From assembly GCA_902783665.1 (NCBI GenBank), contig CACZSG010000033.1:1-55840 (forward strand): DNA of 55,840 nt. The letters are read 5' to 3'. The notes under the pieces were generated by a model. The model was not told the origin of the DNA and ran no database searches. It saw only the letters and a list, made by a program, of their open reading frames with translations. Source of the stretch: an uncultured Lachnospiraceae bacterium. GTDB lineage: Bacteria; Bacillota; Clostridia; Lachnospirales; Lachnospiraceae. Numbering within the stretch: position 1 is the stretch's first letter; each line of letters begins with the position of its first letter. The translations under genes were made by a program, and so were the position numbers. This document shows, piece after piece, positions 9,695 through 21,041 of the stretch.

Positions 9695-10738
9695 ATGAAA
9701 AAGCAGAAATTGCGCAGCAATCTGATCACATACGGGATCGTGCTGGCTGCGTACGTGATCGTTCAAGCCCTGATAGCGGCGGACAGCCTTTCGAGCATGA
9801 TGAAAGGCCTGCTTGTGCCCCTCTGTGTCTATGTTGTGCTGGCTGTATCGCTGAATCTGGTGGTCGGTATCTCCGGAGAACTCAGCCTGGGCCACGCGGG
9901 CTTCATGTGCGTCGGCGCCTTTTCCGGTGCGTTTTTCAGCAAGTGTATACAGGATGTGCTCACCTTCTCCCCGCTCCGTCTTCTGATCGCCATGCTGATC
10001 GGGGCGGCAGTTGCGGCCGTGTTCGGAATTCTGATCGGCATACCGGTGCTGCGCCTGAAGGGAGACTATCTGGCCATCGTTACCCTGGCATTCGGAGAGA
10101 TCATCAAGAATGTCATGAACATTTTCTATGTCGGTATTGACGGTGCCGGTTTCCACTTTTCCACCCAGGATGAATTTGCCTTAAATCTGGCAGCTGACGG
10201 CAGGATGATCATCTCAGGACCAACTGGGATCACGCAGACGCCGAAGGACGCCACGTTCACGGCAGGCATTATCCTGGTGCTGATCACGCTGTTCATTGTG
10301 CTGAACCTGATCGATTCCCGTGATGGCCGCGCCATCATGTCCATCCGTGACAACCGGATCGCCGCGGAGTCCATCGGGATCAACATCACGAAATACAAAC
10401 TGATGGCTTTTACCATCTCCGCAGCCCTGGCCGGTGCGGCAGGAGCTCTGTATGCGCATAACCTTTCTTCGCTTACGGCAAAGAAATTTGACTATAATAC
10501 TTCCATCCTTGCGCTGGTATTCGTAGTACTGGGAGGGATCGGAAATATTCGCGGCTCCATCATCGCGGCAGTTCTTCTGACAGCGCTGCCGGAACTTCTC
10601 CGCGGGCTTTCCTCCTATCGTATGCTGATCTATTCGATCGTGCTGATCGTCATGATGCTTTTCAACTGGGCACCAAAAGCACTGGAGTGGAGAGAACGGA
10701 ATCTGGGAAGATTTTTTAAAACTTCCCCGAACAAGTAA
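9695..10738 (+). CDS. livM: Branched-chain amino acid ABC permease
   Basis: 'SLGHAGF', '[18 protein letters not shown]'. Confidence 0.9.
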   Translation: MKKQKLRSNLITYGIVLAAYVIVQALIAADSLSSMMKGLLVPLCVYVVLAVSLNLVVGISGELSLGHAGFMCVGAFSGAFFSKCIQDVLTFSPLRLLIAMLIGAAVAAVFGILIGIPVLRLKGDYLAIVTLAFGEIIKNVMNIFYVGIDGAGFHFSTQDEFALNLAADGRMIISGPTGITQTPKDATFTAGIILVLITLFIVLNLIDSRDGRAIMSIRDNRIAAESIGINITKYKLMAFTISAALAGAAGALYAHNLSSLTAKKFDYNTSILALVFVVLGGIGNIRGSIIAAVLLTALPELLRGLSSYRMLIYSIVLIVMMLFNWAPKALEWRERNLGRFFKTSPNK

Positions 10739-10753
10739 AGGGGGAGAAAAAAC

Positions 10754-11515
10754 ATGGCTTTAATGGTTGAAATCAAAAACCTTGGGATCTCCTTCGGCGG
10801 CCTTCGAGCGGTATCTGAACTGGATATGGAGATCAAAAAGGGAGAACTGTACGGACTGATCGGCCCGAACGGCGCGGGAAAGACGACGGTCTTCAACCTG
10901 CTCACGGGCGTTTACCACCCGGACACGGGCAGCTTTAAGCTGGACGGAGAAGAGCTGATCGGGAAGAAGACGATCGATATCAATAAGGCGGGAATCGCCA
11001 GGACCTTTCAGAACATAAGGCTGTTCAAGGGGCTTTCCGTGCTGGACAATGTAAAAGCCGGCCTTCACAATCATTACAGATACTCTACGGCGGCGGGCAT
11101 TTTCCGGCTGCCTTCCTACAGAAACGCGGAAAGACAGATGGACGAAAAGGCCATGGAACTGCTGAAGGTGTTCGAACTGGACGGTCTGGCTGATCATCTG
11201 GCCGCCAACCTGCCCTACGGTCAGCAGAGGAAGCTCGAGATCGCCCGCGCACTGGCGACGGACCCGAAGCTGCTGCTTCTGGACGAACCGGCCGCAGGCA
11301 TGAACCCCAACGAGACGCAGGCCCTGATGGACACGATCCGCTTCGTGCGTGACGAGTTTGACATGACGATCCTTCTGATCGAGCACGATATGAAACTGGT
11401 ATCGGGGATCTGTGAACGGCTGACGGTGCTGAACTTCGGACAGCTGCTGGCCCAGGGACCGACTGCGGAAGTTCTGAGCAACCCGCAGGTGATCAAAGCG
11501 TATCTGGGAGAATAA
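10754..11515 (+). CDS. livG: Branched-chain amino acid ABC ATPase
   Basis: [34 protein letters not shown]. Confidence 0.92.
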   Translation: MALMVEIKNLGISFGGLRAVSELDMEIKKGELYGLIGPNGAGKTTVFNLLTGVYHPDTGSFKLDGEELIGKKTIDINKAGIARTFQNIRLFKGLSVLDNVKAGLHNHYRYSTAAGIFRLPSYRNAERQMDEKAMELLKVFELDGLADHLAANLPYGQQRKLEIARALATDPKLLLLDEPAAGMNPNETQALMDTIRFVRDEFDMTILLIEHDMKLVSGICERLTVLNFGQLLAQGPTAEVLSNPQVIKAYLGE

Positions 11516-11528
11516 GGAGGAAGGCCTG

Positions 11529-12239
11529 ATGGCAATGCTTGAAGTAAAAGATCTGAATGTGTATTACGGAGTGATTCAGGCGATCAAGGGCGTCTCCTTT
11601 TCCGTGGACGAGGGCGAGGTAATTGCCCTGATCGGCGCGAACGGTGCCGGCAAGACCACCATTCTTCACACGGTGACAGGGCTTGTGGCTCCGAAATCCG
11701 GAAGCATCATATTTGAGGGGAAGGTCATCACCAAAGTCCCGGCGCACAAAATCGTATCCCTTGGAATGGCCCATGTGCCGGAGGGCAGAAGAGTCTTTGC
11801 GCAGCTGAGCGTTCTGCAGAACCTGAAGATGGGCGCTTTTACAAGAAAAGACAAGGATGAGGTCGAGCACACGCTGGAAGCGGTCTACAGACGCTTCCCA
11901 AGACTGGAGGAGCGCAGGAACCAGCTGGCCGGAACCCTTTCCGGAGGAGAACAGCAGATGCTGGCCATGGGCAGGGCCCTGATGTCGAAGCCGCGCATCA
12001 TCCTGATGGACGAACCGTCCATGGGACTTTCGCCGATCCTGGTGGACGAGATCTTTGATATTATCCGCAGCGTCAGCGCCGGAGGGACCACGGTTCTTCT
12101 GGTGGAACAGAACGCGAAGAAGGCCCTTGGCATCGCGGACAGGGCATATGTACTTGAAACAGGAACGATCGTAAAAGAGGGTGTGGCTTCACAGCTGCTG
12201 GAGGATGACGCAATAAGAAAAGCCTACCTCGGAGAATAA
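11529..12239 (+). CDS. livF: Branched-chain amino acid ABC ATPase
   Basis: [32 protein letters not shown]. Confidence 0.92.
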   Translation: MAMLEVKDLNVYYGVIQAIKGVSFSVDEGEVIALIGANGAGKTTILHTVTGLVAPKSGSIIFEGKVITKVPAHKIVSLGMAHVPEGRRVFAQLSVLQNLKMGAFTRKDKDEVEHTLEAVYRRFPRLEERRNQLAGTLSGGEQQMLAMGRALMSKPRIILMDEPSMGLSPILVDEIFDIIRSVSAGGTTVLLVEQNAKKALGIADRAYVLETGTIVKEGVASQLLEDDAIRKAYLGE

Positions 12240-12253
12240 TAAGGAGAACGATT

Positions 12254-12901
12254 ATGGGAAATCTGGTGATCACGATCAATCGTCACTTTGGCAGCGGTGG
12301 AAAAACGATCGGGCAGATGCTTGCGAAGGAAAGAGGAATCAACTGCTATACCAGAGAGATCATCGCGATGGCTTCCGAAGAGAGCGGCATCAATGAAGCC
12401 CTGTTTAACGAAGCGGACGAAAAGCTGAAGAAAAAACCGCTTTCGGTCCTTCTGGGGCTTACCCAGAGAGGTGAGTACCAGGGAAGCGTACTGGGGCCGG
12501 AGAGTGCCGGATTTGTCAGCGACAAGAATCTTTTCAATCTGCAGGCGAAGGTGATCCGGGAGCTGGCGCAGCGGGAATCGTGCGTCATCATCGGACGTGC
12601 CGCGGATTATATCCTGAAGGACAATCCGGACGTGGTGTCCGTCTTTGTACATGCGCCCAGAAAATACTGCATCAGGCAGGCAATAGAGCGGGCCGCCATC
12701 GCCAAGGATGTCGAGAAGTTCATCGAAAAGACAGACAAATACCGCAGTGACTACTATAAATACTATACAGGCCAGGAATGGACGGACGCCCGCAATTACG
12801 ACCTGTGCCTGAACAGTGAGAGACTTGGGTTCGAGGGCTGCGTGGAGGCGATCCAGCGCTACATAGAGATCCGCTTTCCGGCCGGGCAGGAGAGATCATG
12901 A
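12254..12901 (+). CDS. Cytidylate kinase-like family protein
   Basis: 'VITINRHFGSGG', 'SCVIIGRAADYIL', 'YDLCLNS'. Confidence 0.82.
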   Translation: MGNLVITINRHFGSGGKTIGQMLAKERGINCYTREIIAMASEESGINEALFNEADEKLKKKPLSVLLGLTQRGEYQGSVLGPESAGFVSDKNLFNLQAKVIRELAQRESCVIIGRAADYILKDNPDVVSVFVHAPRKYCIRQAIERAAIAKDVEKFIEKTDKYRSDYYKYYTGQEWTDARNYDLCLNSERLGFEGCVEAIQRYIEIRFPAGQERS

Positions 12902-15354
12902 ACGCCCGTTTCAACCGGGAGAAGGCCAGGTTCCATCTTCATGACCGGAATATTTTCGTGGTACAGGGATGGATCGAAGGAGCCTCTTCCGGCCCCGTTT
13001 TTTCCGCGGAGCTGGACGGGAAACCGCTTCCGCTGGAAGTGCGGACACAGAGCGGCGTAGAAGTGACCAGAAAATACCTGCGCTATAAAACAAACGTAAC
13101 AGAAGAATATTTCCTGTGGATCACGCTGCCGGGTGCTTATGAAAAAGCTGCCGGCCTTCGTGTATTTTACGGGGAGGGCAAAAACAGGCAGCTGATCTTC
13201 CGTGGTTCCGGCCGTCACCTGAAGAAACTGGAGAGGCATCTGGATTCCTGGATGGAGCAGCTGTCCCGGCTTCCGGACGGCAGATACCGGCTTCGCGGCT
13301 GGTACATGCAGCAGGACGGGGAAGTGCGTGCCGCCATTCTGGATTCCGCCGGAAAGCCGCTGGCGGCCGAGTGTGCGCTCTCACAGCGCAGCGATATTCT
13401 GGGGGAATATCCTGAAGCGGTACTCTCCGATACCAGGGGGTTTGAGATCGATTTCGCCCCGCCTTCCGAGAATATCCTTCGGCTGGCGCTGAAAAGCCCC
13501 GGAAGATCCGCCCTGTATATCGTGAACTGCCGGAAGATGCTCTCGGGGAAAGAGGGCCTCATCAACACGGCAAGGAAGAGCTGGCTCTACCTGAAGCGGA
13601 AGGGCACCAGACAGTTTGTAAGACGTGTACAGGATGAGATCCTGGGCATCGACACCATCAGCTATGACAGGTGGCGGAGAAAGTACGGCACCAGGCCGGC
13701 CGACCTGGCAGGACAGAAGAAAGAGTATGAAGGCGGGAAGGATCTGCCGGTACTGTTTTCTGTCGTGGTACCGCTGTACAGGACACCCGAGAAGTATCTG
13801 AATGAAATGATCGAGTCCATGCGCGCCCAGACCTATCCCGGATGGGAGCTGATCCTTTCCGACGGAAGCGGGGAAGATTCCCCCTTAAAAGGGGTGCTGG
13901 AAAAGTGGGCGGCGAAAGAACCCCGCGTTCGTATCCTGCTCCACGGGAAGCGGCTTCAGATCTCGGAGAATACGAACGAAGCCCTGAAAAACGCTTCCGG
14001 AGACTGGATCATCTTCGGGGATCATGACGATCTGTTTGCGCCGGATGCCCTGTATGAATGCGTTTCCTGCCTGAAAGAACATCCGGATGCCGAACTGATC
14101 TATACGGATGAGGACAAGACGGATGAAGGCGGAAAACGGTTTTTCGAACCGCACTTCAAATCGGACTATAATCCGGAGCTTCTCTGCAGCATGAATTATT
14201 TCTGCCATATGGTGGCGGTAAAACGTTCTCTTCGCGAGAAGACCGGTTTCCTGGACCCGGCATTCAACGGTGCGCAGGATTACGATTTTGTGCTGCGGGC
14301 CTGCGAACTGACGGAGCCCGGCAGGATCAGGCATATTCCGAAGATCCTGTATCACTGGAGAGCCCACCAGGCTTCCACGGCGGAGAACCCGGAGAGCAAA
14401 CGGTATGCCTTCGAATCCGGAAAAAGAGCCGTGCAGGCGCATTATGACAGGCTGAAGATCGCGGCAGAGGTGCAGGAGGGCCTGTATCCGGGCCTGTACC
14501 AGACCCGTTTTGAGATCTGCGGCGAACCGCTGGTCTCCATTCTCATCCCGAACAAGGACCACACGGAGGATCTGGAAAAATGTCTGGCTTCCGTGATGCG
14601 CAGCGACTACACCAACTTTGAGATCCTGATTCTTGAGAACAACAGCACACAGAAAGAGACCTTTGAAACCTACGCCAGGCTTGAAAGGGAGAACCCGAAG
14701 GTCCGCGTGCTCAATTACGGCAGCGGCGGCTTCGACTTCTCCGGTGTCAACAATTTCGGGGCCGCGGCCGCAAAAGGGGACTATCTGCTGCTCCTGAACA
14801 ATGATACGGAGATGATGGAGCCCGACTGTCTGCGGCAGATGCTGGGATACTGCCAGCAGGAGGGCATTGGCGCAGTCGGCGCGCTGCTGTTTTACGAGGA
14901 CGGGACCATTCAGCATGCAGGGGTCGTTCTGGGGTTCGGCGGCATCGCCGGACACGCGTTCATCGGTGAGAGCGGCAGCAGCAACGGATATTTTTCAAGA
15001 ATCATATGCGCCCAGGATTACTCCGCGGTGACGGCAGCCTGCATGATGGTGAAGGCGGATGCCTACCGCCGGGTCGGAGGCCTTTCCGAAGATCTGAAGG
15101 TGGCGTTCAACGATATCGACTTCTGCATGAAGCTCGGCAGCATCGGGCTCCGTGTCGTCTACAATCCCCAGGCCCGCCTGTATCACTATGAGTCCAAGTC
15201 CAGAGGGCTGGAGAATACGGCCGAAAAGATCGAGCGGTTCAACCGCGAGACGGCTGTTTTCCTGAGCCGCTGGGGAAAGCAGGTGGAAGAAGGGGATCCG
15301 TACTATAACCCCAACCTGACGCTGGACAAGGCGGACTTTTCCCTGAAACTCTGA
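12898..15354 (+). CDS. Family 2 glycosyltransferase with two GT2 domains and an N-terminal extension
   Basis: 'SVVVPLY...DHDD...YTDED' and 'VSILIPNKD...LLNND...SAVTAAC...AFNDID'. Confidence 0.88.
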   Translation: MNARFNREKARFHLHDRNIFVVQGWIEGASSGPVFSAELDGKPLPLEVRTQSGVEVTRKYLRYKTNVTEEYFLWITLPGAYEKAAGLRVFYGEGKNRQLIFRGSGRHLKKLERHLDSWMEQLSRLPDGRYRLRGWYMQQDGEVRAAILDSAGKPLAAECALSQRSDILGEYPEAVLSDTRGFEIDFAPPSENILRLALKSPGRSALYIVNCRKMLSGKEGLINTARKSWLYLKRKGTRQFVRRVQDEILGIDTISYDRWRRKYGTRPADLAGQKKEYEGGKDLPVLFSVVVPLYRTPEKYLNEMIESMRAQTYPGWELILSDGSGEDSPLKGVLEKWAAKEPRVRILLHGKRLQISENTNEALKNASGDWIIFGDHDDLFAPDALYECVSCLKEHPDAELIYTDEDKTDEGGKRFFEPHFKSDYNPELLCSMNYFCHMVAVKRSLREKTGFLDPAFNGAQDYDFVLRACELTEPGRIRHIPKILYHWRAHQASTAENPESKRYAFESGKRAVQAHYDRLKIAAEVQEGLYPGLYQTRFEICGEPLVSILIPNKDHTEDLEKCLASVMRSDYTNFEILILENNSTQKETFETYARLERENPKVRVLNYGSGGFDFSGVNNFGAAAAKGDYLLLLNNDTEMMEPDCLRQMLGYCQQEGIGAVGALLFYEDGTIQHAGVVLGFGGIAGHAFIGESGSSNGYFSRIICAQDYSAVTAACMMVKADAYRRVGGLSEDLKVAFNDIDFCMKLGSIGLRVVYNPQARLYHYESKSRGLENTAEKIERFNRETAVFLSRWGKQVEEGDPYYNPNLTLDKADFSLKL

Positions 15355-15445
15355 GGAAACACCGGCCCGGCCGGCGCTTCCGTGAAGAATCTGCAACGCA
15401 AAAGGAAGAACATACAGGGGAGATCCGTCTCCCCAGGTCTGAGAT

Positions 15446-17005
15446 ATGAGAATCAAAGCACAGAAAATCAACCAGAAGATCTCTGAATTATGGAAAGACA
15501 CGCCGGAATATGTTCCGGACCGGGCGGCACTGAAAAAAGAAAATGCTTTAAGCCGGTGGGATGCGGCATTTCTCATCTGCATCGGCCTGTTCCTTTTCTT
15601 TCTTTCCTGGGAACTTCCGTTCAACGGCGGCCCGGACGAAGCGCTCCGCTATAAGATCTGCCAGTTCATCTGCCGCCACGGAACACTTCCTGTCGGAGAT
15701 GAGCCCGAGATCCTGGACAAGCTCTGGGGGATCTCCTACGCATTCCAGCCGTATATTCCGTTTATCGCGGGCGGATGGCTGATGCGTCTGGCCGGGATCT
15801 TTACGACGGCCGACAAGGCGCTCCTGATGGCGGCCAGGCTTCCGAACATCCTGCTGGGCATCGCGTTTTACTGGCAGGTGCTGCTGATCTCCAGAAGGCT
15901 TTTTGCCAGGGGGATCTACAGGAAATTCTTTGTGGCGCTGCTGGTGCTGCTTCCCCAGCTTCTCTATCTGTTCGTCTACGTGAACCTGGACGGCATGGCC
16001 CTGTTCGCCTCCGCCTTTCTGATCGAGACCTGGCTGGAAGGCATGAAATACAGATGGGACAGGGCTTCATGCACCAGACTGGGGGCAGGCGTGGCGGTAT
16101 GCGCGCTTTCCTATTACAATGCGTACGGGTATATTCTGATGTCCATCGTCCTGTTCGCGGTCTCTCTTGGACGTCTCTATCTGAAAAAAGGTGCCGCCGC
16201 CGCTTTTCGCATCGTGGTGAGACGGGGACTGTATGTGTCTGTCCTTGCCCTGCTGCTTGCAGGGTGGTGGTTTGTACGAAGCGCTATCCTGTACGATGGC
16301 GATTTTCTTGGCATGAAGGCATCGGCTGCCTGCGCCGAGGAACATGCGCAGGAAGAATACAAGCCTTCCGTCAAACAGTCCGTGAAAGAACAGGGCATTC
16401 CGCTGAAGCAGATGCTGAAGAACGACCTGGAGGGCGGCATGGGCTGGATGCGGGTCACCTGGTGGAGCTTCATCGGCTTCTTCGGGTTCCTGGAATACCC
16501 GCTGGGGGCGGATATCTACGAGATCCATAAACTGGTCTTTGCCTTCGGCGCCCTGGGCATGTTCGCGGAGGGATTCCTCACTCTTCTTTCCGGCATACGA
16601 TCGCGGAAAGCGGGGAAGGCCGGATTCGGGCAGGAGGGGCAGTTCCTCTTGCGGATTTGTTTCCTCTGCTGTATGATAATACCGGTCCTGCTGGCGCTGA
16701 TCTATGCCTATACTTCCGACTATCAGGCGCAGGGCAGGTATCTGATGCCCATGGTCGTTCCGCTGATGTACTTTACGGCGGAGGGGATCAGCCGCATCAT
16801 GGGGCTGATCCGCGAGAAATGGCTGGTCTGCGTGCTGATGCTGCTGCAGGTATACGCGCTGCTGCACGTGTTCCTGGCCGCGTTCGTCACGGTCTATCTG
16901 CCCTCCTTTGACCCGGGCTTTTCGGCCCTGGCGGGGATCACGATTCCATGGGTGTGGAATCAGGGGATCGTGCAGAGAGCACTGCACATGCTGATCCCGG
17001 GATAA
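15446..17005 (+). CDS. Multi-pass membrane protein, GT-C type glycosyltransferase (ArnT/PMT/DUF2142-like)
   Basis: N-terminal 'GPDE' loop, many TM segments, 'QGRYL' motif; context in polysaccharide cluster. Confidence 0.65.
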   Translation: MRIKAQKINQKISELWKDTPEYVPDRAALKKENALSRWDAAFLICIGLFLFFLSWELPFNGGPDEALRYKICQFICRHGTLPVGDEPEILDKLWGISYAFQPYIPFIAGGWLMRLAGIFTTADKALLMAARLPNILLGIAFYWQVLLISRRLFARGIYRKFFVALLVLLPQLLYLFVYVNLDGMALFASAFLIETWLEGMKYRWDRASCTRLGAGVAVCALSYYNAYGYILMSIVLFAVSLGRLYLKKGAAAAFRIVVRRGLYVSVLALLLAGWWFVRSAILYDGDFLGMKASAACAEEHAQEEYKPSVKQSVKEQGIPLKQMLKNDLEGGMGWMRVTWWSFIGFFGFLEYPLGADIYEIHKLVFAFGALGMFAEGFLTLLSGIRSRKAGKAGFGQEGQFLLRICFLCCMIIPVLLALIYAYTSDYQAQGRYLMPMVVPLMYFTAEGISRIMGLIREKWLVCVLMLLQVYALLHVFLAAFVTVYLPSFDPGFSALAGITIPWVWNQGIVQRALHMLIPG

Positions 17006-17089
17006 CAAGTCACTTACCGGCAGGCTTCGTACTCTGCGGACAGTAAAATGTCATGCAGGCTGCAAGCCATGAAATATAAGGAGAAAAAA

Positions 17090-18220
17090 ATGATTCGATT
17101 CAATCAGCCCCCGGTCGTGGGGAATGAAATTCAGTATATTCAGGAAGCCATCGCGGGCGGAAAGCTCTGCGGCGACGGTCCTTTTACAAAAAAATGCTCG
17201 GCTCTGATGGCCGAAAAATTCGGGTCCAGGCATGTGCTCCTGACAACGTCCTGCACGCATGCGCTGGAGATGGCAGCCTACCTCTGCGACCTTCAGCCGG
17301 GGGACGAGGTGATCATGCCGTCCTATACCTTCTGTTCAACAGCGGATGCCTTTGTTCTGCAGGGCGCGAAGATCGTGTTCGTGGATATACATCCGGAGAC
17401 CATGAACATTGACGAGACGAAGATCGAGGATGCCATTACGGACAAAACAAAGGTCATCGTTGCGGTCCATTACGCCGGCGTCGCCTGCGAGATGGATACC
17501 ATCATGGATATTGCCCGCCGCCATAACCTGAAGGTGGTGGAAGATGCCGCGCAGGGTGTAAACGCGTGGTATCACGGAAAGGCTCTGGGAACCATCGGCG
17601 ATTTCGGATGCTACAGTTTCCATGAGACAAAGAACTATTCCATGGGAGAGGGCGGCGCGCTGCTGTTCCAGGATGATTCCCTGCTGGAACGCGCCGAGAT
17701 CCTCAGGGAAAAAGGAACGAACCGCAGCAAGTTCTTCCGCGGCCAGATCGACAAATATACCTGGGTGAATTTCGGATCCTCCTATCTGCCCAGTGAACTG
17801 AATGTGGCCTATCTGTATGCCCAGATCGAAAAACTGGATGAGATAAATGAAAAACGCTGCGCCATCTATCAGTACTATTATGAGCATCTGAAACCGCTTC
17901 AGGAAAAAGGACTGATCGAGCTGCCCGTCATTCCGGAGGGCTGCCGGGCAAACGCGCATATGTTCTTCATGAAAGTGAAGGATCTCGACACGCGTACAAA
18001 GCTTCTTGACTGGATGAAGGAAAAGGGCGTGCTGTGCGTCTTCCACTATATTCCGCTGCACAGTTCTCCTGCGGGCCTGAAATACGGGACCTTCCACGGA
18101 GAGGACGAGTATACGACAAAAGAAAGCGAACGCCTGCTGAGGCTTCCGATGTTCTACAACCTGGACATGAAGGATGTGGCCTATATCACGGACTGCCTGC
18201 TTGCCTACGATGAATATTAA
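17090..18220 (+). CDS. rffA: dTDP-4-amino-4,6-dideoxygalactose transaminase (DegT/DnrJ family)
   Basis: 'GDGPFTKKC', 'SCTHALEMAA', 'SFHETKN', 'EKGTNRS.FFRGQ.DKYTW' match WecE/RffA; ATG 17090 after AAGGAG. Confidence 0.9.
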   Translation: MIRFNQPPVVGNEIQYIQEAIAGGKLCGDGPFTKKCSALMAEKFGSRHVLLTTSCTHALEMAAYLCDLQPGDEVIMPSYTFCSTADAFVLQGAKIVFVDIHPETMNIDETKIEDAITDKTKVIVAVHYAGVACEMDTIMDIARRHNLKVVEDAAQGVNAWYHGKALGTIGDFGCYSFHETKNYSMGEGGALLFQDDSLLERAEILREKGTNRSKFFRGQIDKYTWVNFGSSYLPSELNVAYLYAQIEKLDEINEKRCAIYQYYYEHLKPLQEKGLIELPVIPEGCRANAHMFFMKVKDLDTRTKLLDWMKEKGVLCVFHYIPLHSSPAGLKYGTFHGEDEYTTKESERLLRLPMFYNLDMKDVAYITDCLLAYDEY

Positions 18221-20045
18221 AAAAGGAATCAATCTTATTAAAAGACTGACCCCCTACAATATTTCCAAGGGGGTAAAATACCTGAAGCATTTCGGGCTGA
18301 AGGAGTTCCTGATCCGCTTAAGCGACCGCACGGAGCCGGAGGAAGTTCCCTACGAAGGCTGGTTTGAGGCAAACAAAGCTTCTCAGGAGACGCTGGCGTA
18401 TCAGCGCAGTCATCAGCCAAAAGAGGCGCCCCTGATCAGCATCGCCGTGCCCCTGTACAGAACGGGGGAACAGGAGCTGAAGCAGCTGGTCCGGTCTGTA
18501 CGCGCGCAGTCTTTTCAGAACTGGGAACTGTGCCTTGCGGACGGAAGCGGAGAAGGGGAGGACGCGTCACAGGCGGAGAGAAGGCATGCGCTTTTAAAAC
18601 TGTGCGAACAGAAGGATCCGCGCATCAAAGTACGCATTCTCGAAGAGAACAGGGGAATTTCCGGAAACACCAACGCGGCGGCGGAGATGGCGTCGGGCGC
18701 CTACCTGGGGCTGCTTGACCACGACGATCTGCTTGCCCCGGATGCACTCTACGAAATCGCATCGGCCATCGCGGCCAATGACGGTCCGGATCTGCTCTAC
18801 ACCGACGAGGACAAGGTAAGCGAGGATGGCAGCAGGCACATGGACCCGAATCTGAAGCCGGATTTCAATCCCGATCTGCTGCGCTCAAACAACTATATCT
18901 GTCATTTTCTGGTGCTTTCCGCCAGGCTGTGGCAAAAATGCGGCGGTCTGGACCCGGCCTACGACGGGGCGCAGGACCACGACCTTGTCCTGCGGGCCAC
19001 GGAGATGGCGGACGGGATCGTTCACGTTCCGAAAGTACTGTACCACTGGCGCGTATCAGCCGCATCCACCTCGGACAACCCGCTTTCCAAGGAATACGCG
19101 TATGAAGCCGGACGAAGGGCCGTACAGGCACAGCTGGACCGGCTCGGCATTCCGGGTACCTGTGAACGAAGAAAGGATTTCGGGTTCTACCGTGTCAGGT
19201 ACCAGGTCCGGGAAAACCCGCTGGTGTCCATCATCATCCCGAACAAGGATGAAACGGAAACCCTGAAGACCTGTCTGAAGTCCATTCTGGAGAAGACGAC
19301 CTGGCCGTCGTACGAGATCCTCATCATCGAGAACAACAGTACAACGGAGGAGATTTTCTCCTATTACAGAGAAATCGATGGACGAAACGGTATTCGTGTC
19401 GTATATTGGAACAAAGCTTTTAACTATTCTGCCATTAATAATTACGGCGCTTCCCTGGCCAGGGGAGATTATCTTCTGTTCCTGAACAATGATATGGAGC
19501 TGATCTCACCGGGCTGGCTGGAGGAAATGATCGGCCACTGCCAGAGACCGGGCACCGGGGCAGTGGGGGCAAGGCTGTATTTTCCGGACGGGACCATACA
19601 GCATGCCGGGATCGCCATCGGCATCGGTGGCATAGCCGCAAGCCTGTTCGCGGGCATGAAAGGAAGCCATTCCGGCTATCTTCACAAGGCACAGCTTCAG
19701 CAGGATCTCTCCGCGGTGACGGCGGCCTGCATGATGGTAAGCCGCAGCCTGTTCCTTGAGGTGGGCGGGTTCGAAGAAAAGCTGGCGGTGGCCTTCAATG
19801 ATGTGGACTTCTGCCTTCGCCTCCGCGAGCGGGGACTTCTGGTCGTCTACGATCCTTATGTGGAGCTTTATCACTACGAATCCAGGACCAGGGGGACTGA
19901 GGACAGCCCCGAGAAGGTGCGGCGGTTCCAGCAGGAGATCGAATTCATGCGGACCCGCTGGGAGTCTCTGCTGAAAAAGGGAGATCCTTATTACAATCCC
20001 GGGTTCTCACGGGCCAGATGGGATTATACATTAAAGAGTTTTTGA
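18210..20045 (+). CDS. Family 2 glycosyltransferase (two GT2 domains)
   Basis: Paralogue of 12898-15354 (DHDD, YTDED, IPNKD, LNND); ATG 18210 overlaps the rffA end. Confidence 0.88.
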   Translation: MNIKKGINLIKRLTPYNISKGVKYLKHFGLKEFLIRLSDRTEPEEVPYEGWFEANKASQETLAYQRSHQPKEAPLISIAVPLYRTGEQELKQLVRSVRAQSFQNWELCLADGSGEGEDASQAERRHALLKLCEQKDPRIKVRILEENRGISGNTNAAAEMASGAYLGLLDHDDLLAPDALYEIASAIAANDGPDLLYTDEDKVSEDGSRHMDPNLKPDFNPDLLRSNNYICHFLVLSARLWQKCGGLDPAYDGAQDHDLVLRATEMADGIVHVPKVLYHWRVSAASTSDNPLSKEYAYEAGRRAVQAQLDRLGIPGTCERRKDFGFYRVRYQVRENPLVSIIIPNKDETETLKTCLKSILEKTTWPSYEILIIENNSTTEEIFSYYREIDGRNGIRVVYWNKAFNYSAINNYGASLARGDYLLFLNNDMELISPGWLEEMIGHCQRPGTGAVGARLYFPDGTIQHAGIAIGIGGIAASLFAGMKGSHSGYLHKAQLQQDLSAVTAACMMVSRSLFLEVGGFEEKLAVAFNDVDFCLRLRERGLLVVYDPYVELYHYESRTRGTEDSPEKVRRFQQEIEFMRTRWESLLKKGDPYYNPGFSRARWDYTLKSF

Positions 20046-20054
20046 GAGAATCAG

Positions 20055-21020
20055 ATGCAGAAAGCAACGATCGTGATCCCGAATCTCAACGGGCTGACAT
20101 ATCTGGAGAAATGCCTGGACTCCCTCAGGGAACAGACCATGCAGGATTTCTCCATCATTCTGATCGACAACGGTTCCACGGACGGCAGCGCTGAATTTGT
20201 TGCCGGCCGCTATCCGGAGGTCAGACTGATCCGCCACAATACCAATACCGGGTTCTGTTATGCGGTAAATGAAGGGATCCGCCTGTCGGACACCCCCTAT
20301 GTCATCCTGCTGAACAATGATACAATCTGTGAAAGTGAATTCGTAGAAAAGCTGGTCCGGAGAATGGAAAAGCATCCGGACTGTTTTTCGTGCGCTTCGC
20401 GGATGGTCCGTATGGACAGTCCGGACCTGATCGACAGCGCCGGGGACTATTACTGTGCGCTTGGCTGGGCGTTCGCCCGGGGGAAAGGAAAGCCTGCGGC
20501 CGGATACGAAAAGGCCGGGCCCGTGTTTTCCACCTGCGCGGGAGCCGCCATCTACCGGAGAAAACTGTTTGAGTCGGTAGGCTATTTTGATGAAGCGCAT
20601 TTTGCTTACCTGGAAGATGTGGATGTGTGTTACCGCGCCAGGATCGCGGGATACAGGATCCTTTATGAGCCGGAGGCCGTGGTAAGACATGTGGGAAGCG
20701 CGGCCAGCGGTTCCATCTATAACGACTTTAAGATCCGCCATTCATCGAGAAACAACGTTTATCTGATCTATAAAAACATGCCGCTGCTGCAGATCCTTCT
20801 GAACCTGCCGCTGCTGGCAGCCGGTTTTGCAGTGAAGCTGGCCTTCTTTGCCTCCAGAGGCTTCGGGAAAGAATACTTTTTCGGACTGGGGAAAGGAATC
20901 CGGCTGAGCAGGAAGAACAAAAACCGGAAAGTCCGTTACAAGCCGGAAAATCTTGGAAACTACGTACGGATCCAGCTGGAACTCTGGGTCAATATCTTCA
21001 GGAGACTGGCGGAATTCTGA
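20055..21020 (+). CDS. Family 2 glycosyltransferase
   Basis: IVIPNLNG, IDNGSTDGS, LLNND, YLEDVD. Confidence 0.88.
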   Translation: MQKATIVIPNLNGLTYLEKCLDSLREQTMQDFSIILIDNGSTDGSAEFVAGRYPEVRLIRHNTNTGFCYAVNEGIRLSDTPYVILLNNDTICESEFVEKLVRRMEKHPDCFSCASRMVRMDSPDLIDSAGDYYCALGWAFARGKGKPAAGYEKAGPVFSTCAGAAIYRRKLFESVGYFDEAHFAYLEDVDVCYRARIAGYRILYEPEAVVRHVGSAASGSIYNDFKIRHSSRNNVYLIYKNMPLLQILLNLPLLAAGFAVKLAFFASRGFGKEYFFGLGKGIRLSRKNKNRKVRYKPENLGNYVRIQLELWVNIFRRLAEF

Positions 21021-21041
21021 CGGGCAGTTGGAGGTTTTGTC